From Candidatus Altimarinota bacterium (GTDB lineage: Bacteria; Patescibacteriota; Gracilibacteria; UBA1369), in the NCBI GenBank assembly GCA_963677745.1, contig OY782391.1:448001-512000 (forward strand): DNA of 64,000 nt. The letters run 5' to 3'. Shown here one piece after another: positions 60,086-64,000 of this stretch. Made by a program: the position numbers and the translations under genes. Under the pieces are notes generated by a model. The model saw only the letters and a list, made by a program, of their open reading frames with translations, ran no database searches and was not told where the DNA came from. Positions within the stretch are counted from its first letter, which is position 1; every line of letters starts with the position of its first letter.

Positions 60086-61300
60086 TCAGGTTATTCTGAA
60101 TCTGCGACGATTCATTAATCTGAGCATCAATGCCGTATAGACTTCCTGTCTCATCCACTCCAAATAATTTTCCTCCATATCCATATATTCCTGAAAATTC
60201 ACCTGGTTTTCGACCACCTGAAATGATCTCACCAGCAATTCCGCCTCATTGATCCTCCCTTCATCGGTCAAAGCTTTGATGGTCATCAGGATTTTTTCAG
60301 CAATCAGCGAGCCGGGATGATCTCCTGTTATTTCCAGATCACGATCCTCCTGCCTCTCCTGTCTAAGCACATTGGCACCAGGCACCGGTCTGTTTTTTTC
60401 ATAAAAATCAGTGAGACAGTTGCTCTTTAATTCAAGTGTTTTTTCTCCGAATACTTTTGCCGAAACCAAATCATTTTTCTCCGGATCTTCATCCAGGACT
60501 CCCACCAGTTCTTTCTCACCGTCGATAATCTGACGAAAATACTGCGGATAAACTTTGCAGGAATTCAGCATATCCAACAACACTTTTTCGGTTGCCGGAT
60601 TTTCTTCTCTGTCCAGTCGGGCAACAGCTTCTTTCAGGATGCCGCAGGCCCGAAGTAAAGACAAATAATCCGCTTCCACCAGTTGCTGATTGGCTTTGAC
60701 GGGAGACCCCAGAAGATACAATGATTTCTTCAAGCCGTCCAAACGCCAGGCCAGTGCTTCCAGCAGATATCCAACCTCTGTCCAAAGCTTAAGAGAGATC
60801 ATTGTCAGCAGAGAATAGTCGGACAAAAGCAGCTGTGCAGTCACCTCTTCGCCGGAAACCTCACCATGATAAACAAACAAAAGATTTTTCAATGAATTAT
60901 CCAGTTCTTTCAAAATTTTTCCGGCCACCTCCACCATCTCACTTTCAGTGGCATTATTCACGTCCAGGTTGAAATGGGAGAGAAAACTTTTTTCCAAAAA
61001 ATGCCTGGCTGAACTGCGCATTTTCACCTGCTCGACGTTTCTCTCCTCCCCCGGCGCAAAAACATAATCCCTTTCCCTGATTTTTTTAATTCTCCAGACC
61101 AGCTCGGTCAGCTGATCAAAAGGCACAATCAACTGTGTTTCAAACTTCTTCCAGAGCGGCTCATTCAAAAAACCCGCCACTCCGTCAATAAACCTCTCCC
61201 GGAAACCCTGATCAATCTTTCTTTCCCCCTCCAGCAACGAGCGAAAGAGGGACAAGCTACAGCTTTCATCACCTTCAATAATTCTCAGGCCGGAATTCAT
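60086..61300 (-). CDS. Hypothetical protein, predicted helical
   Basis: About 404-aa ORF filling the gap; extended -10-like TGTGTTCTAAT just upstream (about 61322-61332, -) favours ATG 61300. Confidence 0.75.
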   Translation of the reverse strand: MNSGLRIIEGDESCSLSLFRSLLEGERKIDQGFRERFIDGVAGFLNEPLWKKFETQLIVPFDQLTELVWRIKKIRERDYVFAPGEERNVEQVKMRSSARHFLEKSFLSHFNLDVNNATESEMVEVAGKILKELDNSLKNLLFVYHGEVSGEEVTAQLLLSDYSLLTMISLKLWTEVGYLLEALAWRLDGLKKSLYLLGSPVKANQQLVEADYLSLLRACGILKEAVARLDREENPATEKVLLDMLNSCKVYPQYFRQIIDGEKELVGVLDEDPEKNDLVSAKVFGEKTLELKSNCLTDFYEKNRPVPGANVLRQERQEDRDLEITGDHPGSLIAEKILMTIKALTDEGRINEAELLVRSFQVVENQVNFQEYMDMEENYLEWMRQEVYTALMLRLMNRRRFRIT

Positions 61301-61358
61301 AGACAAAATAAATAAGACCGTATTAGAACACAAACTAAAAAAATATGCAATATTAGGT

Positions 61359-63359
61359 CTATTTGGAAAGACTCTGATCCTTCAACATCTCTATTTCATC
61401 GCGCAATTCAGCCGCCTTTTCAAACTCAAGATTAAGGGATGCCAACTCCATCTGTTCTTCCAGTTCCCGGATAAACCTGGCCATTTCGCTTCTTGGCACC
61501 TTTTTCGGATCAATTTTGTGTTCCGGACCGGTCTCCTTGTTTCCCCCGCCCATGGCAATGTCTTTAATGGCGCGAATAATGGTTTCCGGGGTAATACCGT
61601 GTTTAACGTTGTAGGCATGTTGAATTTCCCGTCTTCGCTCCGTTTCTCCGATCGCCCCTTTCATTGAATCGGTAATTCTATCGGCATACATCACCACCGT
61701 ACCGTTTATGTTACGGGCACAACGTCCGATAGTCTGAATCAGCGCGCTCTTGGACCGCAGGAAACCTTCTTTGTCCGCATCCAGAATCCCGATAAAAGAC
61801 ACTTCGGGAAGATCCAGGCCCTCCCTCAGCAGATTTATTCCCACCAGTACATCAAATTTGCCCAACCTCAAATCCCTCAATATTTCGATTCTTTCCAGTG
61901 TCTCAATGTCGGAGTGAAGATATTTAACCCTGATACCGGCATCAGTAAGGAAGTCAGTCAGATCCTCTGCCGAACGCTTGGTCAAAGTAGTAACCAAGGT
62001 TCTCTCCTTTACCACAATTCTTTTTTGGATCTCATTGATCAGATCGTCAATTTGCCCTTTGCGCGGCCGAACTTCGACCTTCGGATCCAGCAGGCCGGTG
62101 GGACGGATAATTTGTTCGATTACTTCTTTCCCGCTGTGTTCAAACTCATATTTGGATGGTGTAGCCGATACGTAAACGGTTTGATTAACCGCCTTTTCAA
62201 ATTCTTCAAATTTAAGAGGACGATTGTCATGGGAAGATGGCAACCGGAAACCATAATTGATCAAAGTCTCCTTGCGGGAATAATTGCCGTTAAACATGCC
62301 CCCGATTTGAGGAATACTGATATGTGATTCATCCACAATCATCAAAAAATCATCCGGGAAATAATCTAATAGAGTAGCGGGCGGCTGGCCTGGTTCCCGG
62401 GCATTGAGATAACGGGTATAATTTTCAATTCCCTGACAATATCCGGTCTCCCGCAGTATTTCCATATCATATTCGGTACGGGTTTTAATTCTTTCCGCTT
62501 CCAGAAGCCTTCCCTGTTTGAGAAACTCCTCGCGGCGTATTTCCATATCCTTCAGAATCAGGGAAACAGCCCTCTCAATTTTCTCCTTGGAAGTAATGTC
62601 ATGCTTGGCCGGAAAAATTTTCACCGAATCCAATTCGCGGTATTCCTCTCCGGTGAAAGAATCCGCCTCGGTGATTCGCTCGATCTCATCACCAAAAAAC
62701 TCTATGCGGAAAATGGTGTCCCTGTCAGGAGGGAAAATTTCCAGAGTGTCGCCGAGCACATGAAACATCCCCTGCTTAAACTCCATATGGCTGCGGTTGT
62801 ACTGAATATCGGTGAGATGACGCAGCAGCTTATCCCGCTTTCTCTCTTCACCTTTTTTCAGCTCAAAAGCAAAAGCGTTGTAATCCTCCACTGATCCCAA
62901 CCCGTATATACAGCTGACTGATGCAACTATCAACACATCCCGCCGCGTCAGTAGATGGGTAGTGGCAGCATGTCTGAACTTGGAAATTTCTTCATTGATG
63001 GAGGCATCCTTCTCAATATAGGTGTCGGTAGTGGCAATATAGGCTTCCGGCTGATAATAATCATAATAAGACACAAAATAGCTGACCGCGTTGTTGGGAA
63101 AAAATTCCTTGAATTCACTGCACAATTGGGCGGCCAGAGTTTTATTGTGGGCCAAAACCAACGTGGGCCGCTGTACCTGCTGTACCACATTGGCCATGGT
63201 AAAAGTTTTTCCCGTTCCCGTAGCACCCAGCAAAGTCTGATGTTTTACACCTTTTTTGAGGTTTTTCACCAGTTTTTCTATGGCCTGTGGTTGATCCCCT
63301 TTTGGCTGATAGGGAAATTTAAGATCAAATCCGGCCGGACTGCCAGGGATTAATGACAT
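61359..63359 (-). CDS. uvrB: Excinuclease ABC subunit B
   Basis: [50 protein letters not shown]; C-terminal UVR domain. Confidence 0.99.
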   Translation of the reverse strand: MSLIPGSPAGFDLKFPYQPKGDQPQAIEKLVKNLKKGVKHQTLLGATGTGKTFTMANVVQQVQRPTLVLAHNKTLAAQLCSEFKEFFPNNAVSYFVSYYDYYQPEAYIATTDTYIEKDASINEEISKFRHAATTHLLTRRDVLIVASVSCIYGLGSVEDYNAFAFELKKGEERKRDKLLRHLTDIQYNRSHMEFKQGMFHVLGDTLEIFPPDRDTIFRIEFFGDEIERITEADSFTGEEYRELDSVKIFPAKHDITSKEKIERAVSLILKDMEIRREEFLKQGRLLEAERIKTRTEYDMEILRETGYCQGIENYTRYLNAREPGQPPATLLDYFPDDFLMIVDESHISIPQIGGMFNGNYSRKETLINYGFRLPSSHDNRPLKFEEFEKAVNQTVYVSATPSKYEFEHSGKEVIEQIIRPTGLLDPKVEVRPRKGQIDDLINEIQKRIVVKERTLVTTLTKRSAEDLTDFLTDAGIRVKYLHSDIETLERIEILRDLRLGKFDVLVGINLLREGLDLPEVSFIGILDADKEGFLRSKSALIQTIGRCARNINGTVVMYADRITDSMKGAIGETERRREIQHAYNVKHGITPETIIRAIKDIAMGGGNKETGPEHKIDPKKVPRSEMARFIRELEEQMELASLNLEFEKAAELRDEIEMLKDQSLSK

Positions 63360-63523
63360 ATTTTGATGGAAACAGAATTATAACAATATATAGACTATTT
63401 TCTCGGCGGCTCCAAGCCTTATTTTTGCCCGAAATAGCCTCGACCATTGACAACTTAAGAAAATATTGAAAAATCTTATTTTAGCTTTACTAATTTCAGT
63501 TTTAGTGTATAACTACTCTGGAT

Positions 63524-63830
63524 CGGACTCCCTGGGGAGACCGACCGGATATTTGACATCTTGGCAACAAAACCAAGATAAACAGAAGGAAAAATAGTAT
63601 GTGCGGATTTGGCCAATTAGACCGGCCAGTCCGACAAGGATAAGAAGCCCTGACCAAACGAGTCAGTAAGGCGTTCCCTGTCTTAACCGACTGGGAGCAA
63701 AACCACAACCCTCAACCTTTTTCAAATCTGAGGAGGTGATGCCAATGTGCAACACTGTGGTGAGCCGACGGTATCACCACGACATCCGGAGTCTATGCGC
63801 TGGCCATCCCGGCAGCGCGGTCACGAAAAT
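63524..63830 (+). ncRNA. Candidate multi-hairpin leader RNA
   Basis: Consecutive stems TCGG-CTCC/GGAG-CCGA, ATCTTGG/CCAAGAT, CGGA..TGGCC/GGCCA..TCCG, CTGAC/GTCAG, TCCC.GTC/GAC.GGGA, CCTCA/TGAGG, GTGGTGA/TCACCAC and GCGCT/AGCGC, downstream of a TATAAC -10 at 63508. Confidence 0.5.
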
Positions 63831-63852
63831 ACGAGAGGAGAGATTTCCATGA
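63745..63852 (+). CDS. Possible 35-aa leader peptide (uORF)
   Basis: AGGAGGTGAT at 63731-63740, then ATG; MCNTVVSRRYHHDIRSLCAGHPGSAVTKIREERFP*; the stop overlaps the next start (ATGA). Confidence 0.35.
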   Translation: MCNTVVSRRYHHDIRSLCAGHPGSAVTKIREERFP

Positions 63853-64000
63853 AATTGAAGAAGCGCGAATGGATGGCAGCGCTGATGATGGTAGCGCTGA
63901 CAGGACTGGTCATGACCCAGGCGGGGTGTGAATCGGATCCCCCCACCAGCTGCGACCCGGACAGCCCCTGGTGCAACGACAACACGGTGGACCCTGGGAC
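63849..64000 (+). CDS. Partial CDS, lipoprotein-like signal peptide
   Basis: SD GAGAGGAG 8 nt upstream; MKLKKREWMAALMMVALTGLVMTQAGC-ESDPPTSCDPDSPWCNDNTVDPG..., lipobox-like QAGC; frame open to window end. Confidence 0.7.
   Translation, partial: MKLKKREWMAALMMVALTGLVMTQAGCESDPPTSCDPDSPWCNDNTVDPG

Noticed and set aside
63640-63700. CTGA...GAG segment as a possible hammerhead ribozyme
   Set aside because: The CUGAnGA and GAAA core elements are not present in the required arrangement.
63502-63708. 68-aa minus-strand ORF
   Set aside because: No homology cues or start context; the region is better explained as a + strand structured leader.
63725-63745. GAGGAGGTGAT as a possible 16S rRNA 3' end on the minus strand
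   Set aside because: Flanks do not continue as 16S helix 45 or other rRNA sequence; treated as an SD-like element instead.
1-64000. Alternative genetic code 25 (TGA=Gly) as in Gracilibacteria/Absconditabacteria
   Set aside because: Conserved genes are full length under code 11, and TGA falls at expected gene ends (e.g. rplO, rsmA, the ABC permease).

Overview
Core chromosomal segment of a bacterium using genetic code 11 (long ORFs are intact; TGA acts as a stop). Probably a CPR/Patescibacteria organism, Peregrinibacteria-like. That placement is inferred from the missing rpmD, short HrcA, SD-less start regions and an SLH surface protein. Gene order: truncated degenerate GHMP-fold gene (-); CIRCE-controlled hrcA-grpE-dnaK; small SH3-like ORF; serS; TIM-barrel gene plus ABC transporter; rpoB-ssb-rpoC; rpsL-rpsG; an inserted surface-protein gene (-); fusA-tuf; the S10-spc-alpha cluster through rplM-rpsI; trmD; P-type ATPase; DUF167; rsmA; hrpA-like helicase (-); eukaryote-type hexokinase homolog; uncharacterised putative enzyme; SLH protein; exonuclease-DinG; lemA-DUF2207; uvrB (-); and the start of a lipoprotein-like gene behind a long structured leader. 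I saw no tRNA, rRNA, CRISPR array or mobile element. Most striking is a remodelled RNA polymerase locus: beta carries a histone-H1-like polylysine N-terminal arm and a long polyacidic C-terminal tail, sits behind a structured 5' leader, and has an SSB with a non-canonical C-terminal tip inserted between rpoB and rpoC. Also notable: a map gene whose conserved N-terminus has no standard start codon (AUU start, or -1 frameshift from adk); a multi-hairpin, strong-SD leader with a uORF at the right edge; and a three-way-junction RNA between rpsJ and rplC.
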